Made by a program: the position numbers and the translations under genes. The notes under the pieces are model-generated. The model did not search any database, had not been told where the DNA came from, and saw only the letters and a list, made by a program, of their open reading frames with translations. From positions 1 to 34,207 of IMG/VR virus record IMGVR_UViG_3300031965_000103: a DNA stretch of 34,207 nucleotides. The stretch is one strand, 5' to 3'. Shown here one piece after another: positions 9,212 through 17,046 of this stretch. Source of the DNA: a virus. Its lineage: Duplodnaviria; Caudoviricetes. The first letter of the stretch is position 1. Each line of letters opens with the position of its first letter.

Positions 9212-9903
9212 TGGCAAAAAATAGCGGAATTACCTGGACTGATCACACCTGGAACCCGTGGCAGGGCTGCCAGAAAGTGTCTCCTGGTTGCGCTCATTGC
9301 TACATGTACCGCGATAAGGCCAGGTATGGTCAGAACCCGGAAATGGTAGTCCGTTCCAAGCCAGCGACCTTCAACGCCCCGCTACGCTGGAGAGATCCTG
9401 CCAAGGTGTTTGTCTGCTCATGGTCGGATTTTTTTATTGAGGATGCTGACGAGTGGCGTGACGATGCATGGAAAGTAATTACCGGCTGTCCGCATTTGAC
9501 ATTTCTGCTGTTGACCAAACGGGCAGAAGTGTTGCCATTTGAATACCCGGAAAATGTATGGGTTGGGGTCACTGCCGAAAATCAAGAACAGTTTGAGAAT
9601 CGGATGTTGTATCTCAGTGAGGTGCATGCTGCTGTTAAATTCGTTAGTGTCGAGCCGATGCTCGAAAGCATCAGTATTTATAACTATCGAACCGACATTG
9701 ACTGGATAATATGCGGGGGTGAATCTGGACCAAATGCCAGGGAAATGAATCCAGAATGGGCGAGATCCTTAAAGTGGCAATGCGCCGATAATGAAATTCC
9801 ATTTTTCATGAAGCAGATGAGCGGGAAAGGTCCCATTCCTGATTTTCTTCAAGGGCGGGAATTTCCTATTAATTGTTGGGGCCCGGCGGTAAAAGCACGG
9901 TGA
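9211..9903 (+). CDS. Gp37/Gp68 (DUF5131) radical-SAM-like protein
   Basis: ITWTDHTWNPWQGCQKVSPGCAHCY; SWSDFF; LLTKR; SVEPML; GGESG; FFMKQ. Confidence 0.92.
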   Translation: MAKNSGITWTDHTWNPWQGCQKVSPGCAHCYMYRDKARYGQNPEMVVRSKPATFNAPLRWRDPAKVFVCSWSDFFIEDADEWRDDAWKVITGCPHLTFLLLTKRAEVLPFEYPENVWVGVTAENQEQFENRMLYLSEVHAAVKFVSVEPMLESISIYNYRTDIDWIICGGESGPNAREMNPEWARSLKWQCADNEIPFFMKQMSGKGPIPDFLQGREFPINCWGPAVKAR

Positions 9904-9914
9904 CCGCGTAAAGG

Positions 9915-9974
9915 ACCCAACGCTTAGCTCACAAGCTGAGCGAAGCGAAGTCTTTGTGGAGCGTTTCGTTATGC
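9915..9974 (-). mobile_element. attC: Integron attC site (60 bp), oriented on the minus strand
   Basis: Minus strand reads GCATAAC-GAAAC-GCTCCACAA...TTGTGAGC-TAAGC-GTTGGGT: R'' and R' cores, 5-nt spacers, paired L boxes with one unpaired C. Confidence 0.8.
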
Positions 9975-10450
9975 CGGTTTTAGACGCATGTTGCGGTTCG
10001 AGAATGTTCTGGTTTGACCGCCAGGACGATAGGGGCGTATTCGTGGACAAAAGAAAAGAGAGGCACACGTTGACGGACAAGTCGAGCAAGGGCGGGAGCC
10101 GGGAGTTGATCGTTGACCCGGATATTCAAGCGGACTTCACCGCGCTTCCGTTTGCCGATAATAGCTTTTCGTTGGTCGTCTTCGACCCGCCGCATCTGAT
10201 ACGGAACGGCCGCAAAGGCTGGATTGCTAAAAAGTACGGCAAGCTCGAAGGCGATTGGAGGGACGAACTTCGCCGGGGCTTTGCCGAGTGTTTCCGTGTG
10301 CTGAAATCGGAAGGCACTATGATTTTCAAGTGGAATGAGCACGAAGTACCTGTATCTCAAATTTTGGCGCTGACACCGGAGCGGCCGCTTTTCGGGAACC
10401 GCTGCGGGAAAACAGCAAAGTCGCATTGGATTGTATTTTTAAAGGCATAA
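9971..10450 (+). CDS. Small SAM-dependent (amino-type DNA) methyltransferase
   Basis: Motif I LDACCG; FDPPH catalytic-like motif; FRVLK..G..IFKW. Confidence 0.88.
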   Translation: MPVLDACCGSRMFWFDRQDDRGVFVDKRKERHTLTDKSSKGGSRELIVDPDIQADFTALPFADNSFSLVVFDPPHLIRNGRKGWIAKKYGKLEGDWRDELRRGFAECFRVLKSEGTMIFKWNEHEVPVSQILALTPERPLFGNRCGKTAKSHWIVFLKA

Positions 10451-10500
10451 CAAGCAGTTCACCGGATCCGTATAACATCCAATTTGTGATGTTATACGGA
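10444..10500. mobile_element. Half attC (10444-10466) abutting a 13-8-13 palindrome (10467-10500)
   Basis: GGCATAAC is complementary to GTTATGCC at 9968-9975; TCCGTATAACATC-CAATTTGT-GATGTTATACGGA. Confidence 0.6.
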
Positions 10501-10583
10501 AAGACCATCGCGAGTGTGCACCTTTCATCTACTTGATATTTTCTTTTTCTTCATTTTTCCCCTTCTTTTTTGCAATTCATTTT

Positions 10584-10612
10584 GCAAATGCCAGCAAATG
10601 CCAGCAAAAGCC
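10584..10612. promoter_or_regulatory. Three tandem 10-bp repeats in the putative late promoter region
   Basis: GCAAATGCCA-GCAAATGCCA-GCAAAAGCC within an AT-rich intergenic region upstream of the head genes. Confidence 0.55.
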
Positions 10613-10697
10613 TACTTTTTTAAAGGTTTTTTACTGGATATAATCCACACGTCAATGCAGGTATCTTTTCACCTGATCTCAACGAGTGGGGCAACAA

Positions 10698-10916
10698 ATG
10701 GCAGGCATCACCCTTGAACAAGCTGAAGCAAGACTGGCCGACTACCTGGCGGCGGAAACCAAGATCCTCGCCGGACAGGCGGTGGATATGGACGGCCGGC
10801 GGCTGACCCGGGCGGATCTTACCGCCGTGCAGCAGGGGATCGCTGTCTGGAACGGCCGGGTCAACCGGTTGTCGCGTAACGGCCGGGCGCGCATCGTGGA
10901 GGTTACCCCGCGATGA
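10698..10916 (+). CDS. Head-to-tail joining protein (gpW-like / DUF6148)
   Basis: YLAAE..IL.GQ....GR.LTRADL motif; directly precedes the portal. Confidence 0.85.
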   Translation: MAGITLEQAEARLADYLAAETKILAGQAVDMDGRRLTRADLTAVQQGIAVWNGRVNRLSRNGRARIVEVTPR

Positions 10917-12544
10917 GCCTGGCGAAACAAATCACTTTTGGTAAGCGGACCATCGACGTGCCGGTCACCCTGGTCGATCAGGTGGTCAATTACTTCAGCC
11001 CGGTTGCCGGGCGAAGCCGCTATTATGAGCGGGTCCGTCTGGCTATGTCCGGCGGCTACACCGGGGCCGACAAACGCCGCAGGGCCAATAAGCTGGGCAG
11101 CAAACCGGAGATGTCCGCCGACAGCTCCATACTGCCCGACCTGCCGACGCTGCGCGAGGAATCGCAGAACCTCCACCGCAACAACGCCATTGCTGCCGGG
11201 GCGCTCAAGACCAATGTGACCAAGGTGGTCGGTACCGGCCTGTCCGTCAAAGCCCAGATCGATCGGAAATTATTGCTGCTCGACGACGCCAGGGCCGACC
11301 AGTGGGAGCGTGATGCCGAGCGGCAATTTCACCTCGCCACCGAAACCCGCGAGATCGACGCCGAACGGCATTTCCCCTTCAAGCTGTACCAGGGCCTGGC
11401 CTTCCTGAAAACCCTGGAGGACGGCGATGTCTTTATTAACCTGCCGCGCTTTGCCCGTCCGGGATCGCCTTACTCGCTCAAACTGCAGATGATCGAGGCG
11501 GCCAGGGTCTGCAATCCGAGGTTTCTGCCGGATACGGAAGCTGTTGCCGGCGGGATAACAAAAGACCAGTACGGGGCGACGGAGCTTTTCCATGTCCTGA
11601 AACAGCACCCCGGTAACGCCCGGCTGCTGTATCTGGCCAGCAAGCAGAACGAATTTTCCTGGGACACACTGAAGGCCTTTGACCGGAACGGTAATCCCCT
11701 GGTCCTGCATCTCTATGACAAGACCAGGCCTAACCAGTCGCGCGGGGTGCCGTATCTCGCCACAGTGGTTGAGCTGATCAAGCAGCTGGGCCGCTATACC
11801 GACGCCGAGGTCATGGCCGCCGTGGTCTCCGGGATGCTCACCGTCTTTGTGACCAACGAGACCGGTCTGCCGGATCTCAACCCGGCCCCGACCGACGACA
11901 ATCCGGACGGCGACCCGGCTAAGCAGCTCGACATGACCGGCCTGGAACTCGGTTACGGCAATATGGTCGGGCTGATGCCCGGAGAGAGTGTGATATCTCC
12001 TACCCCCGGCCGGCCCAATACCGCCTTTGACGGTTTCGTGCTGGCCATCCTCCGGCAGATCGGCGTGGCCCTGGAGCTGCCGTTCGAGCTGCTGGTCAAA
12101 CACTTCACCTCGTCATACTCGGCATCACGGGCTGCCTTCGAAGAGGCCTGGTCGTATTTCCGCCGGCGTCGCACCTGGCTGGTAGAGATGCTCTGTCAGC
12201 CGGTCTATGAGGCGATCATCACCGAGGCTGTGGCTGAAGGCAGGCTGGCCGCGCCCGGATTTTTTACCAATCAGCTGATCAAGAAAGCCTGGCTCAGCAC
12301 CTTGTGGATCGGCGACGCCCCCGCCCAGCTCGATCCGAAGAAAGAGATCGACGCGGCGGTAGCCAGAATCGATGCCCGTCTGACCAGCCGGTCCGAAGAG
12401 CGGTCGCGGCTGGTCGGCGGCGACTGGGAATCGGCCCTGCCGACAATTATCAGGGAGAACCAACTGCTGAGGGACAACGATCTGCTGCCGCCTGAAAAAC
12501 CGGCGCAACCTGCCGAACCAATACCACCAGAGGATAACCAATGA
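10913..12544 (+). CDS. Portal protein, lambda family
   Basis: VVGTGL; DGDVF; RPNQSRGVP; SSYSASRA; LDPKKE. Confidence 0.95.
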   Translation: MSLAKQITFGKRTIDVPVTLVDQVVNYFSPVAGRSRYYERVRLAMSGGYTGADKRRRANKLGSKPEMSADSSILPDLPTLREESQNLHRNNAIAAGALKTNVTKVVGTGLSVKAQIDRKLLLLDDARADQWERDAERQFHLATETREIDAERHFPFKLYQGLAFLKTLEDGDVFINLPRFARPGSPYSLKLQMIEAARVCNPRFLPDTEAVAGGITKDQYGATELFHVLKQHPGNARLLYLASKQNEFSWDTLKAFDRNGNPLVLHLYDKTRPNQSRGVPYLATVVELIKQLGRYTDAEVMAAVVSGMLTVFVTNETGLPDLNPAPTDDNPDGDPAKQLDMTGLELGYGNMVGLMPGESVISPTPGRPNTAFDGFVLAILRQIGVALELPFELLVKHFTSSYSASRAAFEEAWSYFRRRRTWLVEMLCQPVYEAIITEAVAEGRLAAPGFFTNQLIKKAWLSTLWIGDAPAQLDPKKEIDAAVARIDARLTSRSEERSRLVGGDWESALPTIIRENQLLRDNDLLPPEKPAQPAEPIPPEDNQ

Positions 12545-13683
12545 AACAGATTACTCTTTCCGGCATAGTCGGCTGGGACATTACCGCCGAGAACATCCGC
12601 CATGAACTGGCCAACGCCTCCGGCGATCCGGTCGAACTGGTGATTTCCAGCTCGGGCGGGCTGATCTCCGAGTGTCTGGAAATTGCCAACCTGGTGCGTA
12701 ATTATCCCGGCCATGTGACCGCCCGCCTGTCCGGCTTTGCCATGTCGGCAGCCTCGTATATCCCCCTGTTCGCCGACAAGGTCATCGCCGAGGACAACGC
12801 GGTCTATATGATCCATAACGTGCAGGGCGGCGTGTGGGGCGATCACAACTACATCCTCAAGTACGGCAATGTCATCCGCGACCTGTCGTTGATGATGGGC
12901 AGACAGTATGTCCACTTCTCCGGTATTGACGCGGCGGAAATCACCGCCATGCTCGATGAGGAAACCTATTTCCACGGCCAGGGCATAGTTGATGCCGGGT
13001 TTGCCCACGAACTGGCGGCGACCGGAAGCGACAGTGGTGATGACCAGGCCTCGGCCCTGGCTGTGGCCCGCACCACCTTTGCCGCCACTGCCGGCCGCCT
13101 GGCCGCCGATATACAAGCCACTGCCGCCGACCTGAACCGGGCCGTGGCCCTGGCCCCGAATTTTACCAGCAGCACCAACAATCGGGCAACCGCGCCCGCC
13201 AATAACCAGTTGCCACGCGGGAGCGCGGCAACAATAAAGGAGCCAATCATGGATCTGAAAACGCTGAAAGAAAAGCACACCGACCTGGTCGCGGCCATCA
13301 CCGAGGAAGCGACCGCTCACATGAACACCCTGATCACCGCTGCCCGGGCCGAAAGCCTGGCTGCAGGGGCGGAGCAGGAACGTCAACGTATCGCAGACGT
13401 ACGTGCGCAGTTGATACCAGGCCACGAGACGCTGATCGAGACCATGGCCGCCGACGGCAAATCTACTGGTGCCGATGCCGCCAAAGCAATCGTCGTGGCG
13501 GAAAAAGCCCTGCGCATTCAGGTTGCGCAAGATCTGCAGAACAGTGCCAACCAGGCCGTGCCGCCGGCAAAGCCTCCGGCCGAAGGTGCCGCCGAGATGT
13601 CCCGCGAGGACTTCAACAAGCTCGGAGCCAAGGCGCAGGCGGAGTTTATAGAGAAAGGCGGCGTCATCAAGGACAAGAAGTAG
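12541..13683 (+). CDS. ClpP-type head maturation protease with C-terminal scaffold (nested start 13249)
   Basis: ISSSGG; AMSAASYI; YMIHN; ETYF; AAGGAG plus in-frame ATG at 13249; ERQRI scaffold motif. Confidence 0.9.
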   Translation: MKQITLSGIVGWDITAENIRHELANASGDPVELVISSSGGLISECLEIANLVRNYPGHVTARLSGFAMSAASYIPLFADKVIAEDNAVYMIHNVQGGVWGDHNYILKYGNVIRDLSLMMGRQYVHFSGIDAAEITAMLDEETYFHGQGIVDAGFAHELAATGSDSGDDQASALAVARTTFAATAGRLAADIQATAADLNRAVALAPNFTSSTNNRATAPANNQLPRGSAATIKEPIMDLKTLKEKHTDLVAAITEEATAHMNTLITAARAESLAAGAEQERQRIADVRAQLIPGHETLIETMAADGKSTGADAAKAIVVAEKALRIQVAQDLQNSANQAVPPAKPPAEGAAEMSREDFNKLGAKAQAEFIEKGGVIKDKK

Positions 13684-13744
13684 CCCGGAGCGTATTGCCT
13701 GCGGCTAACAGAGCTATCAACAACTTTCAAGAGGTTAAAAAATC

Positions 13745-14875
13745 ATGGGTAATACACTTACCGGGATCATCCCCATCATCTTCATGGCCATCCGCAACGT
13801 CAGCCGCGAGCTGACTGGACTCATTCCGTCCGTCTTCATGAACGCCGGAGGCGAACAGGCAGCGGTCGGCCAGACCATCACTTATCCGGTTGCCCCGGCC
13901 TCGACCGCCAGGAATATTGTCCCCGGCACCACCTCCCCGGACGACGGGGACCAGACCATTGCCAGCGACTCGATGACAATCTCCAAATCCAGGGCCGTAC
14001 CTATCAGGTGGTCCGGTGAGGAGCAGGTTGCGGTCGGCTCGATGCATGGCGAACTGCTGCAGCAGCAGTTCGAGCAGGGTATCCGTACCCTGACCAACGA
14101 GGTCGAAACGGATCTGGCTTTGCTCTACACAAGCGCCTCTCGGGCCTACGGTACCGCCGGGACTACACCGTTTGCCACCGCCGGGGATTATTCCGACGCT
14201 TCCTTTGCCAGAAAGATCCTGATCGATAACGGCGCGCCGTCATCCGAACTGCGGCTGGTGGTCGATACTGGCGCCGGGGCCACCTTCCGGGGCAAGCAGG
14301 CGCAGGTGCAGATGGTCGGCAGTGAGACCTTCCAGCGCCAGGGCGTGCTGGTCGACATGCACGGCTTCCAGATCCGCGAGTCGGCGCAGATCGTCAACCA
14401 CACCAAGGGTGTCGGCACGCTCTATGTCACCGACGGGGCCACAGCCGCTGGGGTTTCGGATATAGCCCTCATTACCGGCTCCGGTACCGTCCTGGCCGGC
14501 GACGTGGCCACCTTTGCCGCGGATGAAGTCAATAAGTACGTGGTCGGCACCGGCATCACCGCACCCGGCACCATCAGCCTGAACGCTCCTGGTGCGATGA
14601 TGACCATCCCCACCGCCAACGCGCTGACGGTTGGCGACAGCTTCACCGCCAATATGGCTTTTGCGCGCTCGGCAATCCACCTGATCACCCGGTCCCCGGC
14701 CATGCCCGCGGGCGGCGACATGGCCGACGATGTCTTCTATGTCACCGATCCGCTGTCCGGCCTGGTCTTTCAGGTGGCCCTCTACCGGGAATACCGCCGG
14801 GTGAAGTACGAGATCGGCCTGGCCTGGGGCGTCAAGGCGGTCAAGAAGGATTGGATCGCTCTGCTGCTTGGGTAA
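13745..14875 (+). CDS. Major capsid protein (P22 coat-like, with insertion domain)
   Basis: VSRELTGLIP N-terminus; DPLSGLVF...Y...AWGVK C-terminus; position after the protease. Confidence 0.85.
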   Translation: MGNTLTGIIPIIFMAIRNVSRELTGLIPSVFMNAGGEQAAVGQTITYPVAPASTARNIVPGTTSPDDGDQTIASDSMTISKSRAVPIRWSGEEQVAVGSMHGELLQQQFEQGIRTLTNEVETDLALLYTSASRAYGTAGTTPFATAGDYSDASFARKILIDNGAPSSELRLVVDTGAGATFRGKQAQVQMVGSETFQRQGVLVDMHGFQIRESAQIVNHTKGVGTLYVTDGATAAGVSDIALITGSGTVLAGDVATFAADEVNKYVVGTGITAPGTISLNAPGAMMTIPTANALTVGDSFTANMAFARSAIHLITRSPAMPAGGDMADDVFYVTDPLSGLVFQVALYREYRRVKYEIGLAWGVKAVKKDWIALLLG

Positions 14876-14882
14876 TAATTAC

Positions 14883-14950
14883 CGCTCCCACGCTGGAGCG
14901 TTGGAGCGATAAACCTTTCGCTTATTGCTCCCACGCTCCGGCGTGGGAGC
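14883..14950. repeat. Palindromic repeat locus 4 (oppositely oriented doublet)
   Basis: 14883-14908 (GG loop, one mismatch) and 14927-14950 (CC loop, one mismatch), just after the capsid stop codon. Confidence 0.9.
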
Positions 14951-14987
14951 GATGAGCGGGACGGATTAACCTTATAGAGGAAAAATC

Positions 14988-15167
14988 ATGGAAAAAAAAA
15001 CCAAAGCCGATCAGGAAACCAAGTCCGATCATTTCGGAACCAACATCCAGGACGATAAGCCAAAAAAAGACGGCCTGGTACCGATGACCAAAAACGGCGA
15101 GACCATCCGGGTACATCCGACCTGTATCAATGGTCATGAGCTGGCTGGCTGGAAATTCGCCGAATGA
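14988..15167 (+). CDS. 59-aa capsid-associated small protein (not in the ORF track)
   Basis: GAGG RBS; MEKKTK...VHPTCINGHELAGWKFAE; stop overlaps the next start. Confidence 0.75.
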   Translation: MEKKTKADQETKSDHFGTNIQDDKPKKDGLVPMTKNGETIRVHPTCINGHELAGWKFAE

Positions 15168-15463
15168 TGCTCGATACCGACGATGCGGCAGCGATGCTGG
15201 AGGCAATAGGCGAGGTCGCCACGATAGGCGGCGTCGACATCAATGTCCGGTTCAACGATACCGAACAGGTGGCCGATTACCGCTCGGAGCAGATGGTCAG
15301 GGTTGATCCCTACTGTCTGGCCAGCGCCTCGGATGTGGCCGGTCTCGGCATCCACGGCGACCCCGACGGCTCGGCGATCACCATCGGCGGCAGAAACTAC
15401 CGGGTGATGTCGGTCGATCCTGACGGCCCGCTCTTTTCCATCCTTACCCTGGGTGTTGATTGA
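15164..15463 (+). CDS. Head-tail joining/closure protein (gpFII-like)
   Basis: Size and gene order; C-terminal ITIGGRNYRV..V.PDG motif. Confidence 0.7.
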   Translation: MMLDTDDAAAMLEAIGEVATIGGVDINVRFNDTEQVADYRSEQMVRVDPYCLASASDVAGLGIHGDPDGSAITIGGRNYRVMSVDPDGPLFSILTLGVD

Positions 15464-15876
15464 TGGCAGCTATCGAGCAGCTTTTCCAGGCAATTTTAAG
15501 CAAAATAACCGCCATGGGCGCCTTTGCCTCAGTCACCCCGGCCCTGCGCTCGGACGCGGTGGTCTACCCTGCAGCCGAAGTTTGGCTGGCAGAAGACAAG
15601 CAGGTGGCCGACAGCCCTGCGGTCACCCGGGACCTGACCTATGTGATCCAGATCACCGCAGGACACCGGGAGGACAACGCGGTGCAGACCGTTCTGCATC
15701 CCCTGCTCGACACCCTGCGCAGCGAGTTTTCCAACTGGCTGCCGGATTTTGTCGGCCTGATGCCGGCCACCGTGCCGGTGATAAAGATCGCCTCCCACGA
15801 GGACCACGGCAAGACCGTCTACGTACTACACATTGTAATCCGGGTGTATATCAATACTTTCCGGGCAAAATCATAA
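15463..15876 (+). CDS. Putative tail terminator/completion protein
   Basis: Size; position before the tail tube gene; YPAAEV motif. Confidence 0.55.
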   Translation: MAAIEQLFQAILSKITAMGAFASVTPALRSDAVVYPAAEVWLAEDKQVADSPAVTRDLTYVIQITAGHREDNAVQTVLHPLLDTLRSEFSNWLPDFVGLMPATVPVIKIASHEDHGKTVYVLHIVIRVYINTFRAKS

Positions 15877-15889
15877 GGGATATAAAATT

Positions 15890-16636
15890 ATGGCAAAATC
15901 ATTTATCGGCGCGGGCGATGTGTATATAGATCGCCTTACCGCCGCAGGCGTAAAGCAGGGCAGCGTGAAAATAGGCATCGGCAAACTGGAGATCAAGCCC
16001 AATGTCGAACTCAAAGAACAGACCTCCAAGGGCCGTGACAGCTACGGCCAGGTCCTGGCCGCCGTGGCGATCAACAAACCCGCCGAGCTGACCATTAACC
16101 TGACCCAGGTAGACCGCAAGGCACTGGCTATCGCCCTGCTCGGCGACGACGTGGCCCACGCGGTGGCCGGGGCGGCAATAACCGACGAGGCTGTTGTCGC
16201 ACGGCACGATAAGGGGGTTTTCCTGGCCAACCGGATTCTCTCCTTGGTCACCGTCACCGATGACACAGAGGTAACCACCTATGTGCTGGATACGGACTAT
16301 ACCCTCGACACCAGGCTCGGCATGATCACGGCACTGTCCACCGGCGCCATCACCGACGGGCAGGATCTGATAGTAAACTATACCTACGGCGTCGAGGCCG
16401 GGTACAAGATCAAGGGTGCCACCCAGCCGCTGGTCAAGATGGCGGTCTTTCTCGATGGCAAAAACATGGTGGACGGCGCGGCCTGTTATGTCACCATCCA
16501 TGAGGCCACCGTCAGTCCTGAATCTGCTGTCGATTTCCTCGGCGACGATTTTGCCGAGATCCAGCTGAAAGGATCGATGGCCACTCCCTCCGGGCTGACC
16601 GAGCCGTTTACGGTGGTCATGCTCGACGCGGTTTAA
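15890..16636 (+). CDS. Major tail tube protein
   Basis: SFIGAGDVYI N-terminus; DY.LD...G.I insertion; DFLGDDF; no sheath gene present. Confidence 0.8.
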   Translation: MAKSFIGAGDVYIDRLTAAGVKQGSVKIGIGKLEIKPNVELKEQTSKGRDSYGQVLAAVAINKPAELTINLTQVDRKALAIALLGDDVAHAVAGAAITDEAVVARHDKGVFLANRILSLVTVTDDTEVTTYVLDTDYTLDTRLGMITALSTGAITDGQDLIVNYTYGVEAGYKIKGATQPLVKMAVFLDGKNMVDGAACYVTIHEATVSPESAVDFLGDDFAEIQLKGSMATPSGLTEPFTVVMLDAV

Positions 16637-17028
16637 TGGGGGTTGATTGGAATATGGCAAATACAACCACAATCGTTATTGACAAAAAAACCGTGATGGT
16701 CAGGGAATTGACCATGCAGGAAATCCATGATCTTTGCAGCAGTAACGAAGTGAATCCGGTTCAGAGTATTTCTTCCTTACTTTCTGCCTGCACGGATATT
16801 GATCGTGAATTCCTGATGTCCAAAGCTCCGTCCGAAATCACGCCGTTGATCGAGAAGATAGTTGAGGTGAACCGCCCTTTTTTGGACCAAGCGACCGCCC
16901 TCAACATGGAAGGAGTCGCCAGATCAATGGAAACGATGATGCGGGGAATTTTTACTCTTGCATTTTTGCCGTTATCCGAGCCGGGCATGGATCAAGAACC
17001 TGGGACTATCCCTACTCTCTCTTCTTAA
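16636..17028 (+). CDS. Tail assembly chaperone, with probable -1 frameshift extension to 17057
   Basis: VRELT and EVNRPF motifs; lies between tube and tape measure genes; alternative start at 16654. Confidence 0.75.
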   Translation: MGVDWNMANTTTIVIDKKTVMVRELTMQEIHDLCSSNEVNPVQSISSLLSACTDIDREFLMSKAPSEITPLIEKIVEVNRPFLDQATALNMEGVARSMETMMRGIFTLAFLPLSEPGMDQEPGTIPTLSS

Positions 17029-17046
17029 AAGCGCTGAAGGATCTCA

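Noticed and set aside
10514-10717. 67-aa Phe-rich ORF
   Set aside because: Translation of a T-rich promoter region with no RBS
2654-13530. Long minus-strand ORFs (2654-3880, 4597-5670, 5643-6854, 11270-12103, 12271-13530)
   Set aside because: Antisense shadows of GC-rich genes, with no motifs
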